DNA from: Octopus bimaculoides
Taxonomy: Eukaryota
Length of the DNA stretch: 64,000 nt
Reading direction: 5' to 3'
Assembly: GCF_001194135.2 (NCBI RefSeq)
Contig: NC_069003.1
Location: 37,426,076-37,490,075 of the forward strand
Position numbers and translations under genes: made by a program. Shown piece after piece: positions 50,659 to 64,000 of the stretch. The notes beneath the pieces are model-generated. The model made no database searches. It saw only the letters and a list, made by a program, of their open reading frames with translations, and was not told the DNA's origin. Every line of letters begins with the position of its first letter. Position 1 is the stretch's first letter.

Positions 50659-52813
50659 GTAAGTTTTTAAAGTAGTGTAGCCTTATATGATTGTACTGTT
50701 ATAGCTACGTCTTACCCACATCCACTACTATCACAATTTACTCAACTAACCAATGCAATGAAAAAGCCTCTGGGCTTAGGCTCCTAGAAATTACAGCCAA
50801 ACTGCTGTGTCACTATGGCAATTTTAGATATTGACATGGTCCACTTAAATAAAAAAAAAGAACTGTATCAGAAGTGTGTCACAAGGAACTCTATCTCCTT
50901 AGCCAAGGGGTTTTTCAAGAGCTGGCAAGATGACAGTGGACATACTGGTTTCCCAATGAAAGTGAATAATGTTGTCTACCGCTCCACACACACTTTTGAT
51001 AGCAACCCAACTGAGACCACCCCTTCTGGTTCTGTGATACCAACTTGCCGTTTTAAAGTGATCTAAATTTAAATCTTTCATCAAAATTTCATTTTCATTA
51101 ATTTTCCAACCTCAACTTTATTATGTTATATAAATAAAGTTATTTCATTAAATTCCACATTTTAAAAATTACAGAAGGCAGTGTATTTCAAGAGAAATAT
51201 GGTATCAAAAGGGTTAAAGGTCAAACTGAAAGAGATCAATGCCAGCATGAAAGATATTATCTTGTCTGTTGTGAGAGGCTGAGTATACTGTAGTGTATGC
51301 TAGGTTTTCAGAAGTGAGAGCAAAAGATAAAAGCAGAAAGCAGAGATAGTGAGTTCCATACCTGGTCACAAACTTGCACTGAAATACCCAAAATGCAAAA
51401 TAATGGCAGTAACACTGCTCCTTGTTGCCTTTGCAGTGCAGATATGAGTGAATGGTTAATGTAGAGGTGACAAAGAATGATATATGATCTGGAGGAAGGA
51501 TAGCATGAATTCGAAAGTCCTTGTAACACCTTTGGTACAGAAACACAAGTTGTAAGACCATTGACATTGGGCACAGAACAGAATTGTTACACTTGTGGCA
51601 ACAAAAACCTATTCAAGGGCCACCCAGAATTTGACTGGTTCACTCTTGTGCTGTTGTTAGGGGCCACTGCAGAATTGTTAGAACAGCTGACAAAAAATAC
51701 ATTGTGATATTTCTTTTGACTCAATCCTGCCAAGGCCAACTTTGCTTTTTATACTTTGGGGATTAATAAAGTATAGGTGAAGTTCTAAGAGCAATACTAT
51801 CAACTAAAACCTCTCCTCAAAATTGCTGGCCTTGTGCTTAAATTATCCTCCTCCTCATCGTCATCGTCATCACCATCATCACAATCATCATCATTAATGT
51901 TTTGGCCTTTGTTGTTCTCTATTTATTTATTTATTTCAGAGTTTTTCCAGCCTTGATTTGGAAAGCAAATGCTCAACCATTTCAAGGGATCATTCAACTT
52001 TACAGACCCAAAATTCTTCTACTGAAAGAGATCAGTATTTTCCGGTAAGGTATTTTATAAGGAAGGTGGGAGTTTTTCAATTTGTCACTGTTATTACAAT
52101 GTTGGGAAATCTTTCAAAATCGTATAAGCGATCTTCCATATTGCTGATTTTGTTCAGCCCTGGTTGAGTTGACCACTTCATCTTTAAATATTGTTTATCT
52201 CATATCACATTAAACAGTATGTCATTTTTTCCTCTGTAAAGCTAGAAGGATATGATTTGAGATGTGGTTATTGTTTTTAGCAAGTTTAGGGATCATGTAG
52301 AGCTCCCTCATTGACTTGTGGTAGGTGTTTGTTTGATGATGTTTAACTGTCGAAGTTTTTTGTAAATAACCAATCTCCTTTTCCTTTACCCAAGATCAGG
52401 GTCTTCACTCCGCGAGTGTAGTGGGTGCTTTTTACATGTCACTGGCACGAGGGCCAATCAGGCAGTACTGGCATCAACCATGCTTGAATGGTGCATTTTA
52501 CATGCCACTGGCATGGGAGCCAATCAGGTGGCACTGGCAACGGTCACACTTGAAGGGTGGTTTTTACGTGCCACTGGCACAGGTGCCAGTCAGGCAGTAC
52601 TGGCATCAGCCATAACAATGACTTCACTTGACTCAACAGGTCTTCGTCACATTATTATTCACTGGATTCTTGCTTTTCTCTTTTTTTTTTTTTAGAATGA
52701 TACAGTTAAATTTGAAAGAGATTTGCCTTATTTTTATAGTTACAATGTCGAGGCTCATGCATTAATTTGTAATAGCAATGATGTTAATGCTATTGTTGCT
52801 GTTGTTGTTTCAG

Positions 52814-52999
52814 TTTTATTTGGATGTGAACAATTTGAGGCAGTATGGCCTAAAACTGGCCCCACTTCATGACACATGGAAAAAACAGCTGAAGTCACCT
52901 TACCTTGCGACTCACCCTTCTACAGGAGACAGGATGAAGCCTATACGGCCAAAGACAACCCCCAAACTAATGTCAAACCATAATGTAAACAAGGCAGAG
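52814..52999 (+). CDS. ERICH3: ERICH3-like exon 5 (FYLDVNNLRQYG…NKAE)
   Basis: gtttcAG acceptor, GAG|GTGATT donor, 186 nt, phase 0-0. Confidence 0.7.
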
Positions 53000-53241
53000 G
53001 TGATTGTTATTTTGTTTTCCATTTTTTGTTCAAATTTCCTCTTTTTCCAAAGTTTTTCCAATTTAGCACTAACGATTGATGGGAAAGTCAAAATAATCAG
53101 GTCATTATCATTGCCATCATTATCACTGTGATCCTCATTATTTCATTCATCTTCCTCAAGGTCAACCATGTCACAAATGGTATCATCATCATCATCATCA
53201 TCATCAACAAGATTCTTATTGTCAATCTTATTCTGTTGCAG

Positions 53242-53416
53242 AGATATAATGCTGAGGCCAGAATGAGGACCAACTGCAATGTGACCATGAAGTTTTTGGG
53301 TAAACATGTGACAAAATTGCCAGGCTACTCTGTTCGTGAAACTGAAGTTGTTGTGCAGCAACAACACTGTGGTGGCAACACTGTGTGTGTTTACCATGGC
53401 AAACTTTTACCCCAAG
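53242..53416 (+). CDS. ERICH3: ERICH3-like exon 6, DUF4590-type domain start (VTMKFLGK…VVQQQHCGGNTVCVYHGKLLP)
   Basis: QQHCGG motif; ttgcAG acceptor, G|GTAGAA donor, phase 0-1. Confidence 0.9.
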
Positions 53417-54684
53417 GTAGAAACCGGACACTTTTTAATCTTCTTTGCTTTTGAGTTTAATTTTATGGCTGTGTTACAAGTTCAAATTCTGCAAAGTTGA
53501 CTTTGCTTTTATCCCTTCAGGTTCAATAAAATGAACCACAAAGTAAACCAAATCATAGCCCCCACTTGCAAGCCTTTATGACTTGGTAGCATTGTTTTCG
53601 GTGCCTGTATAGTCATGAGCAGACAGACACCTTCTCAGTGCTTTCACCCTTGATTCAGTGCAACGTCCAGGATGTGACAGCGAGAGACAGAACTGCATTT
53701 GTCATCATCATCATCCACATTTTACATCCATTTTCCATCCTGACACGAGTTGGATGGTGTGACAGGAGGTAGGCAAGGCTGGAGGGCTGCACCAGGTCCC
53801 ATAGTCTTGTTTCAGCATGGTTTCTACAGCTGGATGCTCTTCCTAATACCAACCACTTTACAGAGTGAACCGGGTTTAATTATATTAAAACTGAAAATAA
53901 TTATTTTGAATTCTACAAATTAAACAATTGAATAAATTTTAGGAAAAAAAAAAAAAAAGACCTGACAGACATTGACAGAATTTGTTTTTTAACTTCTTCA
54001 CTGTTCACTTCCTGTACATATTCTATTTACTGCTCATGCCCTTGTGGCTACTATTTCTGATGTGTTATAGTCCACCTGAACACTGTACACAATAAGTTCA
54101 TTATACAAAACTTTTAACTGGGAAATCTGGAGGTTTCGAACCCACTTGAAAAGTGTTGATATAAATGATTAAGCATCTTTCTCTTTGATGTAGGAAAACA
54201 TCAAGTGATACATTGACAGAATCAGGAGACTGTCAGATAAAATGCCTTGCAGTAGTTTTTGTTTTTTTTCTCTTTACACTGAGCAAAATGCTTAGTGGCA
54301 TTTTGTCCCTCTTTACATTCTCAGTTCAAATTTTTTTGTCAAGGTCGACTTTGCCTTTTATTCTTTTCGGGGTTGATAAAACAAGTACCAGTTGAGTATT
54401 TCACCTGTCGCTACATTCTGAATTCAAATTCCGCCAAGGTCGACTTTGCCTTTTATTCCTTTCAGGGTTGATAAAATAAATTCCAGTTGAACACTAGAGT
54501 CGATGTAAGTGACTCGTCTCTCCACCTCCCCCTAACTGCTTTTGTGGCAAAAATTTGAAATAATAATAATTATTACTTTATCATTACTATTATTTATTGT
54601 CTTTGCACAGCTTCTAACACTGGAAATGTACTATACTGCCAGCTGTTCACTACTAGTGAACTAAGGTAACACTGCTTATTTTTT

Positions 54685-54990
54685 GAACACCATCTGCAGT
54701 ATTCAAGCAGTTCCAAGCAGTGCTGTTTTTTTGCTTATTGCAGCCCCTATTTGTTCCATGTACTTCTCAAAATTTTTACTCACTGTTCCCAGGACTCCGA
54801 CAATCATTGGTACTACTACCACCTTTTCCATCGACCACAACTGCTTGACCTCCCAAGCTAACCTGTTATATCTCTCGACTTTTCTTTCTTCCTTATCGCA
54901 TACCTTGTTGTCAGCTTGGCATGCTATATCCATGATCCAGCATCGTTTGCTTTCTTTCTCAATTAACACTATTATTATTAGTATTATCAT
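54685..54990 (-). mobile_element. REL-endonuclease domain fragment of an R2/R4-type LINE
   Basis: CWIMDIACQAD…KEERKVERY..L..EV..LW…VVPMIVGVLG. Confidence 0.8.
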
Positions 54991-55254
54991 TATTATTCAT
55001 TAAGGCAGCAAGCTGGACGAAATATTAAGTGGTATTTTACCTGTCACTATGTTTTGAGTTCAAATTCCTTTCAGGGTTGATAAAATAAGTACCAGTTGAA
55101 CACTGGGGTTGATGTAAACAACTTATGCCCTCCCCCAAAATTGCTGCCCTTGTGGCTAACTTTGAAACCATTATTATTATTACTGTGTCATTTAGTCCAA
55201 TAAAACCCACAAAAACAATCCGTAAGAACGTGTCTCATCTGGTTTCCATTTCAG

Positions 55255-55441
55255 AAAACTTCACATTCATATCTCACCGCCATATCAACTTCCCATTCAG
55301 CCTCAGTGTTTACTTGGATGGTATTTTACACTTGCGAGTTAGTGTCTGCTGTGAATATAGGCACCAAAGAGGTGGCATCATTGGTGGACCACAAGGTCAA
55401 TTCATTCTGGTCAGTGTGAAGGGATCAATGCCTTGTGCCAG
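55255..55441 (+). CDS. ERICH3: ERICH3-like exon 7, DUF4590-type domain end (FTFISHRHINFPFSLSVYLDG…CCEYRH…GG…PCAR)
   Basis: RH..FPFSL, CCEY.H and PC..C motifs; phase 1-2. Confidence 0.9.
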
Positions 55442-56742
55442 GTTAGAACGAGTTTTATTTTTGTGTTTTTTGTTGTTGTTTTTCAGAGGTGAGAATGGGG
55501 ATATGGCAGTGACCGTAGAGCAGCAAACTAAAAGGGGAATCTTACTGAATTGACTTCACCTTTCCTGGGGGTTACTTCTCTTGATCGTACTTCTTCCTTA
55601 ACAAATTTATTTTCTTGATGTCAAAGTAATTAAATTATCATCGTTATGATGATGATGAGGGCAACAGTTGATGACAAAATCAGTAGATCATTGGAGAAAT
55701 CACCTGACTGTATTAAGTCATAATCCTTTATGTTCTGGGTTCAAGTCCTGCTGAGGTTAACTTTACCTTTTATCCCTCTGGGAATCAATAACTATAAGGC
55801 GCATACTGGGTTTGATTTCCTTGATTACACCCTTTCCTGAAACTGGATGGCAGAATTGGTAGAAATATTGAACACTGTGTAGAAGGATCAGTATCTGGTA
55901 CCAAGCTATATGGTTAAGAAGTTTGCTTCATTATCACATGGTTCCAGGTTCAGTCTCACTGTGTGGCACCTTGGGCAAGAATCTTCTACTATAGCTCCAA
56001 GCTGACCAAAGTCTTGTGAGTTGATTTCATAAATGAAAATTGTGTAGAAGCTCATTGTATATTTGCACGTGTGTGTGTGTGTGTGTGCGGGTCTTTGTGT
56101 TTGCCCTCACCACTTGACAATCGATGTTGGTTTGTTTATATCCCCATAATCTAGCAGTTTGGCAAAAAGAAAACAGTAAAGTAAATCCCGAATTTAAAAT
56201 AAATCCCAGATTCAATTTTCTCTACTAAACCAATTAAGGGACACTGCCTCAGCATGGCTACAACCCAGGGACTGAAAATGCCTGGTAATACTTATTTGCA
56301 TCTTGTTTTTTGTTCTGAGCTGGAATTCCACCAGAGCTGAATTTGACTTATTTTTTCTGGATTAATTAAATAATTATCAGACAATTACTGGGACCTACTT
56401 AATTGACTGCACCTCTCCCATCTCGAAAAAAAAAATGTCTTTTTTTTTTCTGTATTAGAATTCAATATTATGATTATAACTAAGGCTGGCAGAATTGTTA
56501 GCACTTTGGGCAAAATGTTCAGTAGCATTTTGTCCTTCTTTAATGCTCTGGGTTCATATCCCGCTGAGGCCCTTTCAGAGTCAATAAAATAAGTACCAGT
56601 TATGTACTGGGATTGATGTAATTGACTTACCTCCACCCCCACCCTGCAAAAAATTACTGGTCATGTTCCAAACATTTGAAACAGTGTTATGATAATAACT
56701 GTATTTTTCATAGTTTCATTATACTTGAGGTTTCATTTTCAG

Positions 56743-56924
56743 GTGCAAATTAAACAAGGACTTACGCCAGAAGAAACAGAAGAAAATGTCCCATGGTAAA
56801 ACCCCAGAATCTGCCTTTCACCAGAATGACTACAGAGACAGTATGCTTGATGAACCTGATGGTGGATGTCTTGGGAAAAAACAAACGAAATTCCAATCAA
56901 AAGAGATGCCATCAAGTCAGGAAG
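56743..56924 (+). CDS. ERICH3: ERICH3-like exon 8 (RCKLNKDLRQKKQKK…MPSSQE)
   Basis: tcattttcAG acceptor, G|GTTATA donor, phase 2-1; completes PCARC. Confidence 0.8.
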
Positions 56925-58471
56925 GTTATATTTCTTCACTTATATTTTGAGTTTTAAATCATTATTTAGAGTGGTGGATATTAGTTAGGGATCACTGGAG
57001 AAAACATTCTGTGATATTGAATCCCTGTAAAGTTTGACTTTGCCTTTTGTTCTTTCAGAGTAATGTAAAATCAGTCCCCATTAAATATTGCGGTTAATTT
57101 CACACTGTCCCTCATTCCAGATTTCATGACCTTGGATTTGGATTAGAAATTATTATAATTTTATTTGAAATCTGTTGGTGAAAAGCAGTGATTAGTGGAA
57201 TTGGTAGATTGATGGACAAACTGCCATGCATATAGGGGTGGATGATCATTTTCATCAGGTCAAGGCCAATAGGCTATCATGATAGCCTTTCAAGAGCAGA
57301 AATCAAGCACCAGGCTACTACTACTCCTCTCCATACTATCTTGATGTAGGCAAACCTACAACGAAGTATGCGGGTGGTGGGGTGTCTGTTGAGACTCCAT
57401 CTCAAGTCCCTGTCGTAACATTCTACTAGAGCACCTGCCCGTGAGGAAATTGAGGGCAGCAGCTTAATGGCATGCCCAGAATCTTGATAGTGAGATATCA
57501 ATAGCAAAGTGACAGAAACGACTGGAAGGATTGAATTATTGCTGTAACACTATAATGGCCATTGGGAATATGTAAGATACTTCTATATGTTCTGTTGAAC
57601 TTTGGGCTTTCACATAATCCAGACGTGGAAGGCTAGAGAGGGTGTTAGCACTTACCCAACGTGATGCCTTGATTCTCCAACTGGACGGATGACTTAACAT
57701 TCTTTTTACAAGCTGATTCCACAGAATGGTTGATGCTGTACCTAGGGGTTGACAACCTTAGTAGCAGTCATCCATATGCTAGATTAAATCAATTATACCT
57801 CTCCATATCTTTGACCTTGTGTCAATGCTACAAATAATTATTATTTGCGATGAGTTATGGGAATCTGATGAATGGCAGGGTCAGTAGACCACTAAAAATA
57901 GTACTTATGTCCCTTAACTGTTATCTCCAGCAAGTTGACTGATTGCAGAAGGGTCCTTATATAGGCTTCTTAGTACTAAACTGTTTGTTTAGCTCAAGGC
58001 CACCTCTGATTGAGCAGACTAGAATGAAAGGCATCCTAAATGCAATCATCATCATGTTTTATTTAAGCATAGTGCAACCAGCATCATCCCATTATGCAAT
58101 GTGTCTTTTCATTAAAATGGAAGAACATAAGTTAAGAGTGGGTCTGAGCAGCCTCTAAGGTACCTCCCTAAAATTCTAACAGATTTAGCATGTAAAAGGT
58201 TGTTTTGTAAACTCATTTCCACACTGAACTGTTGTTTAGCCCCAGGTCAGAGCTGACTGAGAAGACTCATGACCAAAGGCATTCCAGTGGTGAGCTTCAT
58301 GACAATTTTAGGGGTAGAACTACATTCTCTAACGTTTTCTTTCCTTGTTTAAGATGGAAAGGTGGAGCTTGAGGGATATTTGAAGCTACTATTGGTAGCA
58401 GTTTTAGAGAACATGTAGGAGACTCCCACATTGGCTTGTCAACATTGTACTGTTGAATATCCTAATTGTAG

Positions 58472-58603
58472 AACATGAAGACGAGCAGAAATATGACCAC
58501 CACTCCAGAAATACAATACCATGGGAGGATGATACGGCATCAGTCACCATAGATGTTGCTGATTCTGATGATGAAGTTCAAAAAGAGGAGAACCAAGGAC
58601 AAG
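58472..58603 (+). CDS. ERICH3: ERICH3-like exon 9 (acidic)
   Basis: ttgtAG acceptor, G|GTAAGT donor, 132 nt, phase 1-1. Confidence 0.75.
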
Positions 58604-59080
58604 GTAAGTTGTCATAATATTCTTCTATACTTAAAAGAAACAGTTGGGGAAGACATAGCCTGAAATAGCAAACTAAGGTCAAAGGTTGAACTGGTCACTT
58701 CCCTGTGACATTTTGCTGTGTCCCTTTATTTCTTATGTCCACATCTTGCACTGAGGTTGGTCATCCTCCCGTCCTTTCTTATCTTTCAATTCTCAATGTG
58801 GTTCATAGAATAAGTATTGGACTGGAATTGAGGTTCTCTGCATTCCCCACCACCCTTCTCACCACCAAACCAGTGAACCTGTTGGTGCTCACCCATCTTG
58901 CTAGAAATAGCAGCTAAGTCTTCTTTAAAGCATTTCCTACCATCTTAAGTAACAGAAAGAACACTTTAGAAATAACCCTAACCCTAACCATAAAAGACAG
59001 AAAGGTTGTGGTTGGAACACTTTTGATCGAAAATATCTTTGTAACTTACTTTTTCTCTTGAATTATTTGCTCCATGTTGA

Positions 59081-59135
<55 letters not shown>

Positions 59136-59266
59136 TATATTGTGCCTATGAATCATGAAATATATGTGTGTACATTTAATGTATCTGTATATAATGTGTA
59201 TGTATAGCAGTAATGATAATATTTATGCTGTTGAGTTGCAATATCTGTAGTAATGTTAGGTGTTGA

Positions 59267-59665
59267 TGATGGTTTAGTAATGGTATTAGTGGTTGTGATG
59301 ATGATGATGGTTTAGTAATGGTATTAGTGGTTGTGATGATGATGATGGTTTAGTAATGGTATTAGTGGTTGTGATGATGATGATGGTTTAGTAATGGTAT
59401 TAGTGGTTGTGATGATGATGATGGTTTAGTAATGNNNNNNNNNNNNNNNNNNNNNNNNNNNNNNNNNNNNNNNNNNNNNNNNNNNNNNNNNNNNNNTTGA
59501 TGATGGTTTAGTAATGGTATTAGTGGTTGTGATGATGATGATGGTTTAGTAATGGTATTAGTGGTTGTGATGATGATGATGGTTTAGTAATGGTATTAGT
59601 GGTTGTGATGATGATGATGGTTTAGTAATGGTATTAGTGGTTGTGATGATGATGATGATGATGAT
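59267..59665. repeat. 38-bp minisatellite in an ERICH3 intron
   Basis: Unit TGGTATTAGTGGTTGTGATGATGATGATGGTTTAGTAA repeated across a small gap. Confidence 0.9.
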
Positions 59666-59803
59666 GGATTTAGTTGGAGAGTTGTAGTTGTTGTGGAGGG
59701 GTAGGGTTAGTAGTAGTAGCAAGGAAGGAGAAGTGTTGTTAGTCTTGTTGATGGTAGTGGTAGTGTCTATCCTCCTCATCATTGTTTATTGCTTGCTGCA
59801 CAG

Positions 59804-60055
59804 AGGCTGGCTATGAGGATGACTTTGACAATGATGCTGACAATGAAGAAGAGAAAGAGGGGGAGGAGGAAGAAACAGATGATTACGATAATGAAGAAGA
59901 TGAATGCGAAGAAATAGAAGAAGAAAAAAATGAAGATGATCCCAGTGTTGCTGACAACGAAAGTATCATTGATGAAGTAGAAAAAGGGTCCACTTCAGAC
60001 TCCGATGCTCCACTCACTCTTGATACATCATTTGATGATGGTGAAAGTAGAACAG
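59804..60055 (+). CDS. ERICH3: ERICH3-like exon 10 (Glu/Asp-rich)
   Basis: gcacAG acceptor, G|GTAAGC donor, 252 nt, phase 1-1. Confidence 0.85.
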
Positions 60056-60710
60056 GTAAGCCTCCTCACTAAAATATATGAAAAAAAAACATCAAAAAAT
60101 AAACAGGGGCTAGAAACTGGTGCATATATCCTGAGTGGTTTCAAGTTATCCCTAAGCTGATATGACATGAAACGGTCCTTAATTTTGACATGATATAAGG
60201 TGGTTCTTTATTGATACAACATCAAATGCTATCTTCGTTTTTACATAGTCAGGTAATTTCTATTACGTTGTCTGTGTATATCTAAATCTGAGCATAATAT
60301 TCTTTGGTATATTTATTCTCCATTCCATGTATTTCATTGGCCAATAAGAATTACAAAGATTTACATGTTAGGTAGACATGTAAAGAATTTCCTATTTGTA
60401 ATTCCTATTAGAAAATGAAACAACACATATAATAGAGAATAAATACTACCAGAATATTTCCACTTTCTATAATTCTCAATTTTAATATACATTTTGACTA
60501 ACACACAGTAGCAACTGTGGCTACATACTGATTGTAATAATGCAATAAACAGATGCACTTCAAGAGGAAACAGCTGCAATTTACTCTACATTTAAATTTT
60601 CTTTTTTTGTTCTTAGTATTTCTATGTCATGCATTTTGTTTTTTAAATGCATTTTGTTATATTTGTGCTTTTTATTTGTTTCCACATATTTTACTCTATA
60701 CCATTTACAG

Positions 60711-61156
60711 ATTTTCAAAAAACAGACACAGAAAATGTTGATGGGACCGAGGTCAGAGAGACATTGTTGGCAAAGAAAGCTGACTCTAATGCATCAGATG
60801 CAATCAATGATGACCAGCTGAAGAACCATGTAACACAACCATCAACCAACCAAGGAGATAAAATTGTTGAGGAAGACATCTTACCTCTGAGAGGACTTGC
60901 AACCGAGATAACTGTTACAGCAACATCGACTACATTACTAGCTGCTGGAACAACTACTACTACCACATCATCTACAATATTTGCTAGTGCTACTGACATG
61001 GCAAAGGCAACATCAGAAGATAGAAAAGAGGTTTATAAAGATCCAGAGGAACCCAAAGCAAACAAAGGCGCACCTACTGCTGTTGGTATTGGTGAACAAG
61101 CTGCTGATGAGGATGGTGATGGTGATGATGGTGTTCAAGGTCATGAATCCATTTGA
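60711..61156 (+). CDS. ERICH3: ERICH3-like last coding exon (…GVQGHESI*)
   Basis: tttacAG acceptor, phase 1, TGA at 61154-56; spliced CDS 2037 nt (~678 aa). Confidence 0.8.
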
Positions 61157-62308
61157 GTAACCATTGCTAAAGCTGTGTCCCTTGGAAACTGCAAAACCTT
61201 TTTATTAGGTTGCAGATGATGATTCTATTGCAGTTATAATTAAAAGTGTATCCAACAGTTTCTATCTCGCCAATTTCTACCACAAGGCTTGAGTTGATGC
61301 AAGGCTTTAGTAGAAGACATTTTCCTGAGGCACAACACAGTACTTTGATGCATCTTGGAACTCTATGATTGTGAAGCAAACTACATAAGCGCTACATGGC
61401 CATGCTTGTACCCAAATGCAGAATATAAAGCATGATAACACTGCACAAAATATTATGGGTTTGTAAAATATAGAATCTAATATCATTTTCAAACAATGAA
61501 CATAACCTCATTTGTTTGTCAAACATATAACGCAGCACTAAATATTTATCAAACATTGCAGACAACATCATCACTACAAACAACATCATTACTTTGTTAA
61601 ACACTGAATACATCATTTCTTTGTGCACAGTACCATTTGTTTGTCAGTTGCTGAAACCTTGCTACTGTCTTTTAGCAATAAACACAGAATTTACCTGACA
61701 AATGGCTATTTTAACCCTGTTTTTAATTTAATCATTCTTGAAGAATTGTTCCAAGTCTGACAGTGCTTCAGCACTGAAGGATATGGAATCATTTATGCAA
61801 GAGACAGCAAAAATAAGAATGTTATTATTTAAAATGTTATTAAAAAATATATATCTATAGACAAAAGAAAGTATATATATATTCTTTAAAAGTCTTCTTT
61901 CTAGTACAAAAAAAGTGGATTGTGTGAGCACTCTATTTTTCTGGCATAAAAATTGTGGGTTAATAAATCAACCTTAATGTCTTATACAGACCATTTTATA
62001 AGTTCCATTAAGATTCTATAAAGAAATACCTGAATTTTAATAAGCAAAGAAACATATTAGAGATATTTTAGAACATAAAAGGGTGGGGCTGAAGGGCTTC
62101 TTTAGTTTATTTTATATTGTATACTATGAATAATAGTGTCATTGAGTTAAGGTTTTCAATGGGTCAACCATTAGGTCACTACATTTACAATGGCCTGAGT
62201 TTCAAGAGATGCAACTCAGAACACAAGAGGCTGGGTTCAAACACTGCAGTTTATCGGTTTTCTCAATGATGATTACATCTTACACCAACATATATTGCCA
62301 AAAGACAT

Positions 62309-62365
<57 letters not shown>

Positions 62366-63354
62366 GTATGTAAAGTGAATATCTTTATGGGTGCACCTAT
62401 TTATATACAGGTGTGTTTGTTTTTACCTTGTAAGGATGTAAGTATGTGAAAGTATGGATGTATGTGTGAATGTCTATATATATACTGTATTATTTTATTA
62501 GTATCTGATCATTTTAATTTAGTTGTTATACATTGTTAATTATTCTTTTAATAATATATAAATATATACATATCTATATTATAATGGAGAAAGCTGCTTA
62601 TTAATTATCTATATCATAGTGGACAAGCTACTTATTAATTAGGTATGTAACAGTTACTAAAAGAAAGCAATTATTAAAAGCTTGACCATCTAGAAATTTG
62701 TTTTATAAATTCATGTTCCAAGAAATTTCCTGTAATTCCGATTTCTGAAGTTTATTAAATATTTGAACTTTCTACCACAAATTTACATATTCATTGCATT
62801 CACTGTGGAGTAGATTTAATAAACAATATCAATTCGTTGCAGATGAAATTTTCCGTTTTCCTTTGCAATAGTCTCTCACCTTTATTTTCATTAATGATAA
62901 TTTAATATACATTCATTTCAATGGTTTCATTTCAAGTTTTAATTTTCTATTTGAAAAACCAACAGTTTATTCTATATACATAATGTTAAAAAAATATTTA
63001 TTGTATGAATGAATGCTATTAGACAAAAAAGCTGTATAACTTTGAGGCTTCCATGATATAGTATACTGGTATAATTAAAAAAAAAAAAAGACGGACAATA
63101 AAAAATGGAAGTGGGGGTAGTGACGGCCTGCCTTGTCTGCCCCCGAAAAATTAAGAAGTGATTTCGTTGGCATGGCTGTTTGGAACACTCTATGCCCCAC
63201 AATAATAACTATATAACCAAGAATAAATAAAACTACTCACTCTTCCTGTACCCACATACCAAAATCGACACACCTGCTTTACAAAGTCCTATATACATGA
63301 ATAAATTCTAAGCAATAACATAATACCAAATTTAATCAATAAAAATGTCTCTCA

Positions 63355-63555
63355 AGGGCGGCGAGCTGGCAGAGTCGCTAAGCACGCCGGACGAAATGCT
63401 TTGCAGTATTTCGTCCGCCTTTACATTCCGAGTTAAAATTCCGCCGAGGTCGACTTTGCCTTTCAGCCTTTCGGAGTCGATTAAATAAGTACCAGTTACG
63501 CACTGGAGCCGATGTAATCGACTTAATCCCTTGTCTGTCCTTGTTTGTCCCCTCT
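63355..63555 (+). mobile_element. Young tRNA-type SINE; older copies near 54290, 55000, 56490, 56970
   Basis: CpG-intact GGCGGCGAGCTGGCAGA… head and GAGGTCGACTTTGCCTTTCA…TAAGTACCAG core. Confidence 0.75.
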
Positions 63556-63962
63556 AAAAATTTCTCTAAAACAACTCTCTACAACAACCTACTCTAAAAC
63601 CTAATTACCACTGCACACACCAATTCACATACCCGAGGAAGATATTTAATTCAACAGAGACTATATAAGACCAAGATTAACTTCAATGCATCGCAGTCCG
63701 ACGATGGCTGAAACTTCGTAGTCACAGTCAATGATATTCTTGTTTAAGAATAATCTATACACACGAACAATAAAATAACTGCGATCGTTTCGCAGCCTTT
63801 ATCCTATACAATTCATTTGAATGGATAATAAACGATTTTACATGGCTGTATTAATGTATATAATATAAATCACACGATTCGGTTGCATAATTTATAAATT
63901 GATACAAGTATAAAGACTCGCTCGTCTGCTCAAACAATGTCAGTTGTTTTAGTTTCATCGAC

Positions 63963-64000
<38 letters not shown>

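Noticed and set aside
63640-63780. Possible hammerhead in CCGACGATGGCTGAAAC
   Set aside because: Core deviates from CUGANGA and no stems can be formed

Overview
Eukaryotic, AT-rich, microsatellite- and TE-dense DNA with 7 N-gaps. The repeat content (RTE LINE tails, tRNA-type SINEs, mariners, long (TA)n/(CA)n) suggests a cephalopod such as Octopus; that is inference. The ORF track misses the genes because they are spliced; I rebuilt both by hand from GT/AG sites and reading-frame phase. (1) 8083-40710 (+): an unrecognised gene with a short N-terminal amphipathic helix followed by 14 tandemly duplicated symmetric (phase 1-1) exons. All are open-frame multiples of 3, and each carries one [GS]-[VM]-Q-[TA] motif that resembles the LC8/DYNLL 'TQT' binding site. 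Two paralogous terminal exons (19223, 40558) would allow a ~128-aa one-motif form and a ~949-aa 14-motif form. (2) 43222-61156 (+): an 11-exon ERICH3 orthologue (YNSL N-terminus, DUF4590-type domain, acidic tail, ~678 aa) with its own promoter containing RFX X-box-like sites. The rest is degenerate mariner/Tc1, RTE and REL-type LINE fragments, SINEs, minisatellites and hairpins. The most interesting signal is the exon-per-motif, probably splice-tunable, multivalent LC8-type scaffold.
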